A stretch of DNA of 64,000 nt, from assembly GCA_050273025.1 (NCBI GenBank), contig CP158635.1, positions 27,652,001-27,716,000 of the forward strand, in the 5' to 3' direction. The notes beneath the pieces were generated by a model. The model ran no database searches and was not told the origin of the DNA. It was given only the letters and a program-made list of their open reading frames with translations. A program made the position numbers and the translations under genes. Below are positions 60,664-64,000 of this stretch, piece by piece. Positions within the stretch are counted from its first letter, which is position 1, and every line of letters begins with the position of its first letter. This stretch comes from Cenococcum geophilum (taxonomy: Eukaryota).

Positions 60664-63600
60664 TTGCTATAAATTATAAAGTTATTCTCTCTAGTAAATT
60701 CGCTTGCGATAATAATCTTATATCCTAACTAGGAGCTAAAATCTTTATTATTTATAAACGATCTATTAACAAATATAAAGAGCTTAGTAGTAGGAAGATT
60801 AATAGGCATATAGAGTAGTCCCTAATTAAGATAGTTTATTTACTAGAAAAGACGTTTATTTAGGGCAAGAATATTATCCTTAGTTAGTTTCTAGTGTTAG
60901 GTAGTAATAGAGAGATTAAATAAAGCCTTAGGTTAATAGATAGAAGTAATATAAACTCCACAAGCGCGTTACTTTATGTATCCTTGCTTTAGGGAATTAA
61001 CGTTAATAACGTTAATTTTCTTACCTTAACCCTTTTGGCGTAAAGCAATAGAATCCTTATTTAGGGAGAGGATACATCTATTAAAGAGTAATAGTATTGT
61101 TAAATTAAGCTTTTCTTTTAGCTTTACTATAAGATTTGCCTTTACTAGCTTATCTTCTTTAAGAGCTAAGAATTAGTTGTCCCCTAAGATAATTATATTG
61201 TTAGTTTATATACCAATAATTCTAAATAGAGTTTCTGTGGTTGTAATAAGGAAGCAGGGATTAAATATAGAAGTAGTTATTAAAAGCTTCTCTTTATAGT
61301 GCTTGCTATAGGTAGCCTACTAATAAGTTCCTACTTCTGTGATTTTATATAATAGCTTAAGTATAACTATAATCGTATCTTTAGGATACTGGTGGCAAAT
61401 TTGCTCTAGAAGGTATGCTAATATTAAGCGCTAAAGGTGCGTCTCTAATTAGGTATAGGCTTAAGTAATATCTTATAAATAAACCACTATTCTATTCTTT
61501 ATTAAGGAGGGAGCTAGCGTAATAATAACTCGCTAACTAGCTTGTTAAATTATAAGAGATTACATAAGAATTACCTCCTTACTATTATTATTGTAACCTT
61601 AGATAATAAGCCTTAATTTCTTAAATGGGGCGTTAGTAGCTTTGCCTTTAATCTCGTTAACCATTCTTAACTTAAAGATACGAACTTTATTAAACTTAGT
61701 AGGGTTATACTTCTCGAATTTAAAGACTCCTCTTATAATAAGACCGTTAATCTCCTGCTTGTTAGATGCTTGGAAAGGAGCTTTTAGGGTTATAATACGA
61801 CCTTCCTTTTAAAGCTGTTTTGCGAGCTTAAAGTTAGCCTTCTCTTTAGCTGTTATAAAGGCTATTAATAACTTAACTTTATTCTTAATGGCGGTAATAA
61901 ATTATTCTTTAAAATTAATAAAATATTGGCGATTTTATAATCCCTTTAGGCAACCTCTACCGTGTTATAGTTATGGCGCATCTACTATAATTATATTAGG
62001 ATTGTAGTCGTCTTTTAAAGTACGTTAATTGTAGTTCTTTTTTAGGGCCTTTTTTAGGGCATCCTATAAAGGCTTGGAATTATTATCTTTATAGTAAGGC
62101 TTAATAATAGTTAAATAGAATTAAGTAGGTTTATAAGGTATCTAAATAGTATAAGTTTAACCATTAATTGTAATAAGTTGATGTGGGCCTAACTATCCTC
62201 CCTTTTTACGCTATACGCGTACTTTAGACTAGAGTAGTAGATTAAGCGTAGTTAAGGTATTTAAGCCATTTCTTATTCCTAGTGTATTATTAACCTAGCG
62301 TATAGCGTAGAGACATTATACCTCCTTTATTACCTTATAAATAGCCTTAGCTTATTATATAACGGAGGGAGATAGTAAAGAATTATTAGTTATTTAAGGG
62401 TAGGCGCTAAAGACTAGCAATATAGGTACGAGTTTATCCGGGCCAGTGGAATTGTTAATAGCTTTAACAGCTATTTATAAGGTAAGTTCTTTACTAGCGT
62501 CCTTTAGTTCTAAAGAGATAATCTTATATACGCGGCGTAATAGCGTATAATATTATTTTACTTTTCTAATACTATTATATGCCTTAATAGGGACTTCCTT
62601 AACCTTAATTACTATTACCTTTATCTATTATTAAAACTCTATAGATAAGAAGTTCTTTTCTATATTATAGACGATTTAATTAGGGGGTTCTAAATAGACA
62701 TTAATCTAGCATAACTAAAGGGCCTCCTATACGTTTCTAGCTAATATATCTTTTAAGAAACGCGCGGCTTAGAAAAAGGTTAAAAAGTTAATAACTTAGA
62801 GCACTGGCTTGCCGCTAAGATATATAACGTTAATAATAATATAGAAGTTAAAGTCGTAGTTATTTTTAAGGGTAAACTTAAATCGGCTAGGGGACTTCTA
62901 GTTTATTTAGTAGTAATAGTAATACTTTATAAGATGCTTAATTGCCTTAACCTTAACTTTATGGCCTGCTTGCTAAAGAACCCTAAGCAATTAATAAACA
63001 GATAGGTGGCCAAAATAATGGTGTAGTTGGCGTAATTTTAACTTAGTTAAGTGGCTTTAAGTAATACTCTTTTCTAGTTAATAAAGAAGCAACTAGGGGT
63101 AACCCTACTTGCGTATAATAGGCACCTAATTATCTCCCTAAATAAGTATATTTTTAAGGTTATTAAGCCTAACGCCTAATTTATTTATATCTTTAATGCA
63201 AAATAAAAACGGAGTATTTGTAGGAATAATATAGAAAGTGATATATCCTAAGGGGGTTTGGACCCTAATTATGCTAAGAGAGATTATAGTACCCTTGCCA
63301 AAACGAATTATATATTAGCCTACCGTTAAATAGTTAATCTAAATAAAGTTATTAAGCTACTAAAGAGCTTAAACTTAAGGTTCTCCTACTATAGATACTC
63401 CTGCGGCTCTAGTATCTAGTATAATACTATAGAAGATATTCGCTAAGTATTTATTATTAAAGGAGAACGCAGAGCTCTCCTTTAGCTTATTAAAGATATC
63501 TAACTTCGTAATAGAATAGAGCGTAGATTGGTTATTAAGAATAGTAATAGTTTGTGTGCCATCTACCTTACTATACTTAGTGAAGTATTAGTTAGGAGAG

Positions 63601-64000
63601 TAGTTCTTAATTTCTATATCTATAAGGAGCTATTTTGTAACGTGGCCCGCCTCCACGTCGCCATACGGCTAAAAAGACTGAGAGTGCTTGCGAACTTATC
63701 GCAAGCGCGGCGGGACCTAATATATATACTCTTACATATTTAGTCTTATTAATCTTACCCTTAAGATTTTCTACGCCTTTATATTAAACTAGGAAGCTTT
63801 AAAAGTAGGCTATAGTAACCTTATAATTTTTAATATTTCTTACACTCTAACGGAACTTATTATATGCCTCTTTTCGCTTATTAAGGGAGTGTCTAGTTAA
63901 CTAGCAATTTAGTTTCTTACAAACGTAGCACTTTTTCTGGCAATTATTTTAAAATAAACCTCTATAAGGACCTCTATAATTACCTTATAATTAATATTAA

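Larger units (their letters stand above)
54077..64000 (-). mobile_element. Ty1/Copia (GalEa-like) LTR retrotransposon D, RIP-inactivated, 5' end beyond the window
   Basis: 3' LTR 54077-54299 (TGTTGGA...TCCAACA). Minus-strand order gag knuckle (CYVCKKLNC*LTRH ~63890-63935), protease (IILDTRAA ~63410), integrase ~62.4-63.0 kb, RT ~60.8-61.8 kb, RNaseH split by the LINE. Integrase before RT is the Copia order. Confidence 0.88.

Overview
Filamentous-ascomycete (Pezizomycotina-type) nuclear DNA with a two-compartment layout; the species cannot be identified from sequence alone. GC-balanced gene islands contain the 3' end of SPT5 (1-619) and, at ~29.8-49.6 kb, an F-box-like protein, a pantetheine-phosphate adenylyltransferase, a DCAF7/Han11-type WD40 protein, a secreted alpha-carbonic anhydrase, Atg28 and a C2H2-type protein. 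These alternate with AT-rich transposon blocks inactivated by repeat-induced point mutation (RIP). Positions 1053-27962 form one fully resolvable nest, with target-site duplications (TSDs) visible at each junction: a pogo/CENP-B-like DNA transposon containing Gypsy A, which contains Gypsy B (with a solo LTR inside) and a pol-less GalEa-like Copia (with a TIR element and a Tad1-like LINE inside), plus a MITE. Further TEs are a Fot1-like element with a MITE in its TIR (37.7-40.4 kb), a MITE (50.0 kb), a Tc1-like element (50.6-53.0 kb), and a second nest running off the right edge (Fot1-like > Copia > LINE). Three signals are most unusual: (i) a three-hairpin non-coding module shared between the 3' UTRs of a Gypsy and a Copia element; (ii) a RIP-masked antisense Zn(II)2Cys6-like ORF inside Gypsy A; (iii) two piggyBac-like MITEs that appear to duplicate AT rather than TTAA. 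All coordinates were read by eye; protein identities rest on motif recognition, not database searches.
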